From a virus: a stretch of 64,000 bases of DNA. Position 1 is the first letter of the stretch, and each line of letters begins with the position of its first letter. The stretch spans positions 1-64,000 of IMG/VR virus record IMGVR_UViG_3300020395_000002; one strand, written 5' to 3'. Shown one piece after another: positions 1 through 8,061 of the stretch. The notes beneath the pieces were generated by a model. That model was not told where the DNA came from and ran no database searches. It saw only the letters and a program-made list of their open reading frames with translations. The position numbers and the translations under genes were made by a program.

Positions 1-708
1 GCCTATATGGGTAGACAGTGGGAACTATCATACCGTTTAGGTATGCGTCCTTGGATCTGTGTTGCATATTCTGCACCAGTTTCAGCAGCATTCGCTGTAT
101 TCTTAGTGTATCCTTTCGGTCAGGGATCTTTCTCAGACGGTATGCCTCTAGGTATCTCAGGTACATTTAACTTTATGTTTGTATTCCAAGCAGAGCACAA
201 CATTCTTATGCACCCCTTCCATATGGCAGGTGTAGCAGGTATGTTTGGAGGAGCACTCTTCTCAGCAATGCACGGATCACTTGTTACATCTTCTCTAATC
301 AGAGAGACAACAGGTTTAGATTCACAAAACTATGGTTATAAGTTTGGACAAGAAGAAGAGACATACAACATCGTTGCTGCCCACGGGTACTTCGGTCGTC
401 TTATCTTCCAGTATGCTTCATTCAACAACTCAAGAAGTCTTCACTTCTTCCTTGCATCATTCCCAGTTGTATGTGTATGGTTAACCTCAATGGGTATCTG
501 TACAATGGCATTCAACCTTAACGGTTTCAACTTCAACCAGTCTGTCGTAGACGCATCTGGTAAGGTTGTTCCTACTTGGGGTGACGTTCTTAACAGAGCA
601 AACCTAGGTATGGAAGTAATGCACGAGCGTAACGCTCACAACTTCCCACTTGACTTGGCTACTGCTGAAACATCAGAGGTTGCACTTATTGCTCCTTCTG
701 TTGGTTGA
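1..708 (+). CDS. psbA: Photosystem II D1 protein, 5'-truncated by the window
   Basis: Unmistakable D1 sequence ([38 protein letters not shown]); frame open from nt 1. Confidence 0.99.
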   Translation, partial: AYMGRQWELSYRLGMRPWICVAYSAPVSAAFAVFLVYPFGQGSFSDGMPLGISGTFNFMFVFQAEHNILMHPFHMAGVAGMFGGALFSAMHGSLVTSSLIRETTGLDSQNYGYKFGQEEETYNIVAAHGYFGRLIFQYASFNNSRSLHFFLASFPVVCVWLTSMGICTMAFNLNGFNFNQSVVDASGKVVPTWGDVLNRANLGMEVMHERNAHNFPLDLATAETSEVALIAPSVG

Positions 709-732
709 TTTATCCAAATCATTTGTTATAAT
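705..732 (+). promoter_or_regulatory. sigma70-type promoter candidate
   Basis: TTGATT (705-710), 16-nt spacer, TGt-TATAAT (727-732). Confidence 0.5.
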
Positions 733-761
733 AAGGGGGTCTTTACAGACCCTCTTTTTTT
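733..761 (+). terminator. Rho-independent terminator after psbA
   Basis: aagggggtct-ttac-agaccctctt stem-loop followed by T run. Confidence 0.8.
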
Positions 762-1259
762 ATGAACATTTTTGTCACTGATCCCGACCCTGTTGCTTCA
801 GCACAGTGTCTGCCTGACAAACACGTCGTCAAGATGCCATTAGAGACCTGTCAAATGCTTTCTATTGTTGCATCTCATCAATGGGGTCACGGTTACGGTG
901 ACCTACCTAAGAAAGATACTGGTTTCTACAGCACAGACAAGGGTGCGTTTCGCAATCATCCCTGTACTATCTGGGCACAGTGGAACTTTCGTTGGTTGAT
1001 TGAGCACGGTCTAGCATTGTGTGCTGAGTATACACATCGCTACAACAAGACTCATAGCTGTCAGTTTACTTTAGAATATGCTGACATTATATTTCCTTCC
1101 ATCGAATGCCCAACTCCCTTTGTACGAGCGATGCCTGACGAGTTTAAGAAGAATACTCGTATCGATACTATGACAGCATATAAACAATACATTGCATCTA
1201 AACCTTGGGTTGCAGATAACTATCTTCGTGACCCATCACGTAAACCTGCTTGGATCTAA
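762..1259 (+). CDS. Pyrimidine-dimer DNA glycosylase/endonuclease V-like protein
   Basis: MNIFVTDPDP...DKHVVKMPLETCQMLS and NHPCTIW motifs typical of this family. Confidence 0.75.
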   Translation: MNIFVTDPDPVASAQCLPDKHVVKMPLETCQMLSIVASHQWGHGYGDLPKKDTGFYSTDKGAFRNHPCTIWAQWNFRWLIEHGLALCAEYTHRYNKTHSCQFTLEYADIIFPSIECPTPFVRAMPDEFKKNTRIDTMTAYKQYIASKPWVADNYLRDPSRKPAWI

Positions 1260-1882
1260 TGAGACTAGGAATTATGTGTTCTGGTAACGGAACCAACTTC
1301 GAGAACATCCTACGCACCTGCACAAGGGATGAAGTGGTATTGATGATCCACAACAAGGAAAATTGTGGAGCAGTAAAGAGAGCAGAAAAATTTGGAATCC
1401 CTCACTGTCACATCAGTCATAAGAGGGAAGATGATATGGTTAAGTTGTTTGAAGCGTGGAGAGTAGACCTGATTGTATTAGCAGGATATATGAGAGTGAT
1501 TAAAAATCCTGATGCTTTTACTGCTCCTATAATTAATGTACATCCATCACTACTACCAAAGTATAAAGGACTCCACGCAGTAGAACAAGCGTTAGCATCT
1601 GATGACACAGAGACAGGGTGTACTGTCCATTATGTCAATGAGGAACTAGATGGTGGAGAGATTATACTACAAGGCAGAGTTCCTATTGAACCTGATGACA
1701 CCCTAGATACTCTTACCACTAAGATACAAAGGCAAGAGTATGCTATACTACCCTCAGCAATTGAATTTGTAAAACGTGGAAAAATTAACGAAGGAGGAGA
1801 TAGGATACAAAACCACAGACAAACTAATGAAGATGTGGCTATTGAATCCTCACGATCATCACTTCTTATATCAGAGGGATGA
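1259..1882 (+). CDS. purN: Phosphoribosylglycinamide formyltransferase
   Basis: SGNGTN, LAGYMR, INVHPSLLPKYKG, TGCTVHYV, LDGG motifs; ATG at 1259 overlaps the upstream TAA. Confidence 0.95.
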   Translation: MRLGIMCSGNGTNFENILRTCTRDEVVLMIHNKENCGAVKRAEKFGIPHCHISHKREDDMVKLFEAWRVDLIVLAGYMRVIKNPDAFTAPIINVHPSLLPKYKGLHAVEQALASDDTETGCTVHYVNEELDGGEIILQGRVPIEPDDTLDTLTTKIQRQEYAILPSAIEFVKRGKINEGGDRIQNHRQTNEDVAIESSRSSLLISEG

Positions 1883-2105
1883 TGGTTCTTTCTATGGGTT
1901 TACTCATATGAAAGGAGAAGATCCTGAAGAGTGGTTCTGGCAAGCACACGGTATACAACTTGAATTGTTTCCACCTGAACCACCTAAGAAGATTACATTC
2001 ACTCAAGAGCAACTTGATCGTGCTCCCCATCATAATATTCTAGAAAAATATTATGGTAAAGATTGGACACCTGTACCACAAGAAGGACTGGAGGATCATT
2101 TTTAA
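1776..2105 (+). CDS. Hypothetical protein
   Basis: 109-aa ORF (GTG start, or ATG at 1827) overlapping the purN tail and abutting the next gene. Confidence 0.65.
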   Translation: MEKLTKEEIGYKTTDKLMKMWLLNPHDHHFLYQRDDGSFYGFTHMKGEDPEEWFWQAHGIQLELFPPEPPKKITFTQEQLDRAPHHNILEKYYGKDWTPVPQEGLEDHF

Positions 2106-2369
2106 ATGGTATTTCTTATTTCAATTATGTCATTTGCAAACTTTGTATTCTATCCATTAGTGATAGGATTCTTTGTTGCATTGATAATAGAACAGATCTT
2201 TAGAGCACAAGACAAAGCACCACAAGTACTTAGATCTATGGCAGTACGAAAGTATTTCTGGAGACAAGCGTGGTTGTTTAATATCATATGGTTTGTATGC
2301 TATGCCATATTATTATTTGTAATGAGACCAGGCCAGTCAGCAATGCCTGATCTAATTTGGCAAGGTTGA
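2106..2369 (+). CDS. Small membrane protein
   Basis: Two hydrophobic segments in 87 aa. Confidence 0.7.
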   Translation: MVFLISIMSFANFVFYPLVIGFFVALIIEQIFRAQDKAPQVLRSMAVRKYFWRQAWLFNIIWFVCYAILLFVMRPGQSAMPDLIWQG

Positions 2370-2385
2370 TAACTTATGCTAATAT
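2357..2385 (+). promoter_or_regulatory. sigma70-type promoter candidate
   Basis: TTGGCA-17-TAATAT with extended -10 TG. Confidence 0.45.
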
Positions 2386-2404
2386 GTTAGAAAGAGATCT
2401 ACCT

Positions 2405-2575
2405 ATGGACGAAAACCCATTCTGGGGTGAACCTACTCCCACTGATCTGTGGGATGATATGGATAAACTCAATGAACTATACGAAGAACTTGGATGGGAT
2501 CATATTGATTACCTAGAGTTTGCTATTGAAGGTAACCATATAACTATTAGAAATAAATCGAGGGAAGGCAGATGA
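2405..2575 (+). CDS. Small acidic hypothetical protein
   Basis: MDENPFWGEPTPTDLWDDMDKLN...; likely ATG at 2405, downstream of the promoter candidate. Confidence 0.7.
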   Translation: MDENPFWGEPTPTDLWDDMDKLNELYEELGWDHIDYLEFAIEGNHITIRNKSREGR

Positions 2576-2808
2576 ACATCGTGTATACTATGACAGATTG
2601 TAAGTACTGCACCCTAGCTAAAGAACTGATGGCAAGAGCAAAGGTAGAGTATAAAGAGATCCTAGTTGACAGGGACATTACTAGGGAACAGGTCAAACTT
2701 GATCTCAACAAGGAGGTTGTCACATTTCCACAAGTAGTGTATAATGGTGACAACTTAGGAGGACTAGTAGAGACAGCACGACATTTTAAATCCATTGGGT
2801 TGGTCTAA
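2572..2808 (+). CDS. nrdC: Glutaredoxin (NrdC-like)
   Basis: CKYC active site, TFPQV cis-Pro motif, LGG. Confidence 0.9.
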   Translation: MNIVYTMTDCKYCTLAKELMARAKVEYKEILVDRDITREQVKLDLNKEVVTFPQVVYNGDNLGGLVETARHFKSIGLV

Positions 2809-2811
2809 ATA
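2805..2811 (+). promoter_or_regulatory. T4-type late promoter variant CTAAATA
   Basis: Resembles the T4 late consensus TATAAATA; the same motif recurs at 3056, 4125, 8741, 12319, 18899, 24195, 43915 and 58673, mostly just upstream of ORF starts. Confidence 0.6.
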
Positions 2812-2819
2812 GAAACGAA

Positions 2820-3059
2820 TTGAGGATTATAATTATGCCTGAGATGCTTTATTTCAGTGCTGTTACCAGTCTAATTTTCTTTATTCTAGGAGGTATCATT
2901 GGATGGATAGGAAACGATGTTGTATACGCTACTACTACAAAGGAAGAACCACCTGCTAGTTATGACCACCCAGAAATGTATGATGCTAATGGCAATGCCT
3001 ATTCTGGAGACCTTCTACACGTTCGCTTCCACGAACAAGAGGTAGAAGATGAGGACTAA
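2820..3059 (+). CDS. Hypothetical single-TM protein
   Basis: N-terminal hydrophobic helix, HPEMYD motif, acidic tail. Confidence 0.7.
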   Translation: MRIIIMPEMLYFSAVTSLIFFILGGIIGWIGNDVVYATTTKEEPPASYDHPEMYDANGNAYSGDLLHVRFHEQEVEDED

Positions 3060-3079
3060 ATACTAAAAACCTGATTATT

Positions 3080-3631
3080 ATGGCTGAATCATTATTAATT
3101 TCTGAAGTGCTGCAAAAGGTTAGCAATGCCAAGACTAAGGCAGCAAAGATTAATCTTTTACGGGAGCATAATAGTAATGCTCTCAGGAAAGTTTTGATTA
3201 TGAACTTCGATCCTAGTATCGAATCTGCTTTGCCCGAAGGTGCTGTACCATATAAACCTAATGAAGCACCTCCAGGAACAGAGCATTCTCAACTCAGCAC
3301 AGAACATAGAATTCTTCACTACTTTGTGAAGGGTGGTGCTGATGATCTCTCTAGTCTTAAGAGAGAAACAATGTTCGTAGGTCTTCTAGAAGGGTTACAC
3401 GAATCTGAGGCAGAGGTAGTCTGTCTAGTTAAAGACAAGAATCTTAAGAAGAAGTACAGGATTACTGAGAATGTAATCAAGGAGGCATTCCCTCAAATAA
3501 AATGGGGTAATAGAACTACACCACCTAAACCACAAGGTAAAGGATGGTCATCACCAGGCGAGAGAGCAACACAGGGAGTACCACTTCCTTCTATGGCTGT
3601 CAATCCTAATGAGACATCCTACGGAGGTTAA
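3080..3631 (+). CDS. Conserved T4-like cyanophage hypothetical protein
   Basis: LPEGAVPY...KRETMFVGLLEGLHESEA motif; preceded by CTAAATA at 3056. Confidence 0.8.
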   Translation: MAESLLISEVLQKVSNAKTKAAKINLLREHNSNALRKVLIMNFDPSIESALPEGAVPYKPNEAPPGTEHSQLSTEHRILHYFVKGGADDLSSLKRETMFVGLLEGLHESEAEVVCLVKDKNLKKKYRITENVIKEAFPQIKWGNRTTPPKPQGKGWSSPGERATQGVPLPSMAVNPNETSYGG

Positions 3632-3644
3632 GACTTCCTTAAAT

Positions 3645-3660
3645 TGTATCAGTCGATACA
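3645..3660. promoter_or_regulatory. NtcA-binding site
   Basis: TGTATCAGTCGATACA = TGTA-N8-TACA, the NtcA consensus, in an intergenic region. Confidence 0.75.
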
Positions 3661-3667
3661 AAACTAC

Positions 3668-3696
3668 TTGACTATATAATATAACTGTGTTATTAT
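3668..3696 (+). promoter_or_regulatory. sigma70 promoter for the riboswitch leader
   Basis: TTGACT-17-TATTAT with extended TG; predicted start near 3703, just before aptamer 1. Confidence 0.75.
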
Positions 3697-3703
3697 TAAC
3701 ACA

Positions 3704-3748
3704 ATCGTTCAACCCAAAAGGGTCGCAAGTAAGCCGACACGGAACGGA
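3704..3748 (+). ncRNA. Glutamine riboswitch-like aptamer 1 (glnA/Downstream-peptide class)
   Basis: CGTTCA-[ACCC aaaa GGGT]-CGCA-agtaagccgacac-GGAACGG; P1 CGTTC/GAACG. Confidence 0.8.
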
Positions 3749-3750
3749 TA

Positions 3751-3935
3751 CGTTCATCCCAGTATGTTTCATCTAGCAGTTATTGCATCTACCTTCTCTT
3801 GTATGGACGCTCAACTTCTTATCGATAAGATGTATGAGTTTAATATAGAGGATGAGACACGAGCAGAAATGATTCTGGTTGTGATAGAAGAAACACCTGA
3901 ATGCTGGGACGCAAATGCCGACTGAAGGAACGGGG
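3751..3935 (+). ncRNA. Glutamine riboswitch-like aptamer 2 with a ~135-nt P2 loop
   Basis: CGTTCA-TCCCAGTAT(3757-65)...ATGCTGGGA(3901-09)-CGCA-aatgccgactgaa-GGAACGGGG. Confidence 0.7.
3764..3925 (+). CDS. 53-aa peptide inside aptamer 2 (not in the ORF track)
   Basis: MFHLAVIASTFSCMDAQLLIDKMYEFNIEDETRAEMILVVIEETPECWDANAD*; ATG 3764, TGA 3923-25. Confidence 0.65.
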   Translation: MFHLAVIASTFSCMDAQLLIDKMYEFNIEDETRAEMILVVIEETPECWDANAD

Positions 3936-3966
3936 ATTAAACCACCCTACTTTCAGGAGAAAGCAA

Positions 3967-4110
3967 ATGACAACAGTCACTTATCGTGGAATCAAGTACG
4001 ATTCTGAAGAGTACAACGCAAGAGTGCTTGCAGAAGCATCAAAGCGTAACAGACACGATCTAATGTATCGTGGACTCAAGGTTAACAGCAAGGCAAAACC
4101 TTGTAGCTAA
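3967..4110 (+). CDS. DUF4278-family small protein
   Basis: MTTVTYRGIKY...LMYRGLKV (two YRG motifs); RBS AGGAGA at 3955-60; family is associated with glutamine riboswitches. Confidence 0.85.
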   Translation: MTTVTYRGIKYDSEEYNARVLAEASKRNRHDLMYRGLKVNSKAKPCS

Positions 4111-4114
4111 CACC

Positions 4115-4144
4115 AAAGAGACCCCTAAATAGGGGTCTTTTTTT
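4115..4144 (+). terminator. Rho-independent terminator, with CTAAATA across its loop
   Basis: agacccct-aaat-aggggtct followed by T run. Confidence 0.85.
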
Positions 4145-4173
4145 ATGGCCTACATAATTAAAGTGGGAACTAA

Positions 4174-4344
4174 ATGGACAAGGCAAAACTTAAAACAGTA
4201 GTAAAGGACTTGAAATCTTTATTAACTGTGCTAGAATCAGAAGTGTATTCTGATGTGGATGCTTATACAGCTAACCAACCTAGGAATACATTAATAAAAT
4301 CTACATACCTAAATCTCCAAGATGATGACGGCTACACTGACTGA
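4174..4344 (+). CDS. 56-aa hypothetical protein (not in the ORF track)
   Basis: MDKAKLKTVVKDLKSLLTVLESEVYSDVDAY...DDDGYTD*. Confidence 0.7.
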   Translation: MDKAKLKTVVKDLKSLLTVLESEVYSDVDAYTANQPRNTLIKSTYLNLQDDDGYTD

Positions 4345-4543
4345 TGAACAACTAGTATTGAGACAGCAAGTACTTGTGAAACTTCTTCATTCATTTGGTA
4401 CCACTTGCACATCCAAAGCAATCTATGATTGTGCGGATGAGTGGATAGCAAAGGGACATAAGATCACCAATGGTGTTGTTCCGTACTTTAGAGCGTACTA
4501 TGAAGGACAAGAAAGCAGCAAAGTTAATTATCAAAAGGAGTAA
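4322..4543 (+). CDS. Hypothetical protein
   Basis: 73-aa ORF in a tight overlapping gene string. Confidence 0.6.
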   Translation: MMTATLTDEQLVLRQQVLVKLLHSFGTTCTSKAIYDCADEWIAKGHKITNGVVPYFRAYYEGQESSKVNYQKE

Positions 4544-4661
4544 AGAACATCCAGGATGGTATACAGAACAAGAAGTATACTATGCTAAAATGATTAAGAA
4601 AAGAATCAAAGCAAACAAACTTCGTAATGTAAAAGATGAGAGTGGAAGCGGAACTAGTTGA
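4500..4661 (+). CDS. Small basic hypothetical protein
   Basis: MKDKKAAKLIIKRSKEHPGWYTEQEVYYAK; ATG at 4500. Confidence 0.65.
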   Translation: MKDKKAAKLIIKRSKEHPGWYTEQEVYYAKMIKKRIKANKLRNVKDESGSGTS

Positions 4662-5304
4662 ACCTATCTTTCCTTTGCCATTAGCATACTATAAGTATCC
4701 TGATGACAAACATAAGGAACTGTTAGACGCAACTCGACAAGCAATTAAAAAGGTGCAACCTGGCTTTGCAGAAGGTAAGGCAGGTGCGTTAACGCATTTT
4801 TATCAGCATCAAAAAGAACATTTGTTATACGATAATGAAGATGAAATCTTCCAGCACTTTCACGACTGGTTGGAGGAATGTTATGCTGACTATGTGACTA
4901 ACGTACAAGGTTGGAAGATGACAGATAAAACATTCATCACCGACTGTTGGGTTAACGTTACTAAGGAGGGTGGTAATCAGGTACTACATTCACACGCTAA
5001 TGCATTTGTGTCTGGTACATACTATCTGCGTATGGAAGATGGTTCTGGACAGATAATGTATATCAATCCTTGTGCAATGGCTAACAGACCTTACTTTGGA
5101 TTTGATAACTGTAAAGCTACACCTTACAATGAGGCACAACACTTTGGTAACTGTCAAGAACAGTATCTTATTTTGTGGCCAAGTAATCTATCTCATATGA
5201 CCACACCTACTGAGAAAAATGCCACTAGAGTTTCTATCTCTATGAACTTTATGCCACAGGAATTCCTAGCTGGTGCTTATAATTTTAAGGTGACTAAGAA
5301 GTGA
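4636..5304 (+). CDS. Putative 2OG-Fe(II) oxygenase (TIGR02466-like)
   Basis: WVN...HSH...SGTYY...WPSNLSH...RVSISMN double-stranded beta-helix motifs. Confidence 0.85.
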   Translation: MRVEAELVEPIFPLPLAYYKYPDDKHKELLDATRQAIKKVQPGFAEGKAGALTHFYQHQKEHLLYDNEDEIFQHFHDWLEECYADYVTNVQGWKMTDKTFITDCWVNVTKEGGNQVLHSHANAFVSGTYYLRMEDGSGQIMYINPCAMANRPYFGFDNCKATPYNEAQHFGNCQEQYLILWPSNLSHMTTPTEKNATRVSISMNFMPQEFLAGAYNFKVTKK

Positions 5305-5975
5305 GAATATCACCTAATAGAATTGACTTACGTAGTATGTTTGCTACACCTCTTGGCACATATAAAATGCCAGAGGATAAGCACGAAGAATTTAAGGTTG
5401 CTGTACGTGAATCAATAAAAAAATCTGACGTAAGAATTAATGATGCAGCACCATCTTTAAAACATTATTATCAGAAGAGTGCAGAGCATTTACTGTATGA
5501 TAATGATGAACCTATCTTTAAATATTTTCATAGGTGGTTGGAAGAATGTTATTGTGATTTTGTTATAGATGTACAAGGATATAATAGTTCACAAGATGTG
5601 TTTGTTACTGACTGTTGGGTTAACGTAGCAGCAGAGGGTGGTCATCAAGTGATGCACGCTCACGCTAACTCTTTGGTATCTGGTACGTACTACGTACATA
5701 TGGAAGGGCAGTGTGGTGATGTGGTGTTCTGTAACCCTTCAAATTCTGCTAACAAACCTTACCTACAACATATGATACTAAAGGACTCACCGTTTAGTGC
5801 TTCACAAGAGATAGGTAATGCAAGAGAAGGACATCTTATATTATGGCCAGGTCATTTAAACCATTACACCTTGCCAACTGGAGCAAATTCTGCTAGAGTA
5901 TCAGTCTCAATGAATTTTATGCCACAGGTACTTACGTATGGTGGATACAATTATAGGTTAACTAAGGATGAGTAG
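5301..5975 (+). CDS. Putative 2OG-Fe(II) oxygenase (paralog 2)
   Basis: TDCWVN, HAH, SGTYY, WPGHLNH, RVSVSMN. Confidence 0.85.
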   Translation: MRISPNRIDLRSMFATPLGTYKMPEDKHEEFKVAVRESIKKSDVRINDAAPSLKHYYQKSAEHLLYDNDEPIFKYFHRWLEECYCDFVIDVQGYNSSQDVFVTDCWVNVAAEGGHQVMHAHANSLVSGTYYVHMEGQCGDVVFCNPSNSANKPYLQHMILKDSPFSASQEIGNAREGHLILWPGHLNHYTLPTGANSARVSVSMNFMPQVLTYGGYNYRLTKDE

Positions 5976-6624
5976 AGAAAGAGTCATTGAAATGTTTCCT
6001 AAAGCATTAGGTGTTTATCGTTGGGATAATACTGATGGACATAAGCAACTTAAGGAGGCGGTGAGAGAAAAGATGAAGACCAAGGAGATCGATGGTTCTC
6101 CTGTGTCTAAAGATATATTTCACTTCTGGAATAAGAGTGGAGAGAATTTTCTAGATGAAGATGCACCTATCATCAAGGACTTTGAAAAGTTTTTGGGTGA
6201 GAGTTACCTAGATTTTATGAAGGATGTTAATAAGTGGGATGTGGTTGATGAGTATATTATTACTGACTGTTGGGTTAATGTTACACGTCAGGGAGGGTGG
6301 CAGTATAAGCACAGTCACGCTAACTGTGTTATCTCAGGCACTTACTACTTAAATTTTCCTGTTGGTGCTACTGGTATTACGTTCCACGCACAGACAAAGG
6401 AGAAGAGTGACCCGTACCTAGCATTAAATCCCAAAGACATATGTCAGTTTAACAGTGAGTCCTTGACTATGATGCCAGAGGAGGGTATACTCTTCCTATG
6501 GCCAAGTCAACTTACACACGAGTGTAAGATCCTGACCACTAACGTACGTAGGGTATCGATTTCTATGAACTTTGTACCTGCTGAGTTAGACACTGGCATT
6601 TATCGTTTACGTTTATCACGATGA
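5968..6624 (+). CDS. Putative 2OG-Fe(II) oxygenase (paralog 3)
   Basis: TDCWVN, HSH, SGTYY, WPSQLTH, RVSISMN. Confidence 0.85.
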   Translation: MSRERVIEMFPKALGVYRWDNTDGHKQLKEAVREKMKTKEIDGSPVSKDIFHFWNKSGENFLDEDAPIIKDFEKFLGESYLDFMKDVNKWDVVDEYIITDCWVNVTRQGGWQYKHSHANCVISGTYYLNFPVGATGITFHAQTKEKSDPYLALNPKDICQFNSESLTMMPEEGILFLWPSQLTHECKILTTNVRRVSISMNFVPAELDTGIYRLRLSR

Positions 6625-6791
6625 AAGTATCAAGAATGATCCGAAAGGCTCTTGAAAAACCTTGGTTATATACCACTGAGGAAATGGACAAGATGAATAT
6701 GTCTCTCAAAGAAATTGAAAGAGACAGAGAAATGGATGTCTGGATCCGTCGTACTAAGCAAGGATTCTATAACAAACCGAAACCAGAATGA
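6621..6791 (+). CDS. 56-aa hypothetical protein (not in the ORF track)
   Basis: MKVSRMIRKALEKPWLYTTEEMDKM...KPKPE*; ATGA overlaps at both ends. Confidence 0.7.
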   Translation: MKVSRMIRKALEKPWLYTTEEMDKMNMSLKEIERDREMDVWIRRTKQGFYNKPKPE

Positions 6792-7426
6792 ATGTAACAC
6801 TTGTTTCCGTCACTCCTGAAGCAGAGAAGACAATGGGTTACGTGGCGAGAGTCAGCAACCCTAACAACCAAGACAACCCTAAGGTCGCAGGACTTCTAGG
6901 GTATTGTATTAAGCACGGTCATTGGTCTGTATTTGAACAGGCACATATGACATTGGAGATTAACACTACACGTGGTCTTGCTGCTCAGATACTGAGGCAC
7001 CGTAGCTTCACATATCAAGAGTTCTCGCAACGCTATGCTGATAGTAGTTTGTTGGGTGATACCATTCCACTTCCTGAATTGCGTAAGCAAGACTTGAAGA
7101 ACCGTCAGAATTCTACTGATGATATGGATCAGAGGAAGGTGAATCATTATAATAGAAAGATGCAACAACATTTCAAAGAAGGTATGAAGTTGTATCAGAA
7201 TATGTTAAAGGATGGTGTTGCTAAGGAATGTGCACGGTTTGTACTACCTTTAGCTACCCCTACCCGACTCTTTATGACAGGTAGTGTTCGGTCTTGGATA
7301 CACTACATAGAATTGAGAAGTGGTCACGGTACACAGAAAGAGCATATGGATATTGCCAATGCTTGTAAGGATGTATTTCGTACACAGTTTCCTATAGTAT
7401 CGGAGGCATTAGGATGGACTGGTTGA
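6788..7426 (+). CDS. thyX: Flavin-dependent thymidylate synthase
   Basis: RHRSFTYQEFSQRY ThyX signature, HWSVFE, KECARFVLP. Confidence 0.97.
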   Translation: MNVTLVSVTPEAEKTMGYVARVSNPNNQDNPKVAGLLGYCIKHGHWSVFEQAHMTLEINTTRGLAAQILRHRSFTYQEFSQRYADSSLLGDTIPLPELRKQDLKNRQNSTDDMDQRKVNHYNRKMQQHFKEGMKLYQNMLKDGVAKECARFVLPLATPTRLFMTGSVRSWIHYIELRSGHGTQKEHMDIANACKDVFRTQFPIVSEALGWTG

Positions 7427-8061
7427 ATGATATTAAAGTATGGGATGATGTTCTAGATAAAAAAGCATTATCATCTGTCTTTAGATATCTTTCACAAGGT
7501 TTCTATTCATTGCAGCGAGCTAATGATGCTGATGCTTGCGATAAAGCAAGACACTTTCTAGCACAAGATAGAAGTGAAGAAGAGATAAACAATTTTAGAT
7601 CTGAATACATTCAGGATATGATGCAGCACGATCCAATGGATCCAATGCGTGCATCAGATTTATACTGGACACGTATTCATAAAGGTGATCCTAGTTGCGA
7701 CAAAGAAGACGAAGACTTATGCAAGGCATTGTATGAGGCACTTACAAAGGTCTGTAAGGTGCCACCATATGAATCCTTACCAAATGTATATACAAATCTT
7801 CTACGCTCTGGAGACCGTCCTAAGGCACACGTAGACAATGTGAGTCCTAAGAATCGTACGGTAATGTTTTATCTTAATGATGAATGGAACCGTGACTGGG
7901 GTGGTGAGACTATCTTCTATGATCTTAATGATGAGATCACTAAGGCAGTCCTACCTAAACCAGGTCGAGTAGTATCATTCGATGGAAGGATACCACACTC
8001 TGCTAGACCACCTCTTACAGCAGCACACAGACCTAGATACATTACAGTAATGAAATTCTGA
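7414..8061 (+). CDS. 2OG-Fe(II) oxygenase, prolyl-hydroxylase-like
   Basis: HVD...YLN...WGGET...FDGRIPH...R motifs. Confidence 0.85.
   Translation: MDWLNDIKVWDDVLDKKALSSVFRYLSQGFYSLQRANDADACDKARHFLAQDRSEEEINNFRSEYIQDMMQHDPMDPMRASDLYWTRIHKGDPSCDKEDEDLCKALYEALTKVCKVPPYESLPNVYTNLLRSGDRPKAHVDNVSPKNRTVMFYLNDEWNRDWGGETIFYDLNDEITKAVLPKPGRVVSFDGRIPHSARPPLTAAHRPRYITVMKF

Noticed and set aside
1-761. Intron or homing endonuclease associated with psbA
   Set aside because: The visible psbA part is uninterrupted and the next gene is not a homing endonuclease
3901-3966. Longer 69-aa version of the DUF4278 ORF from ATG 3901
   Set aside because: The extension runs through aptamer sequence; the RBS AGGAGA supports ATG 3967
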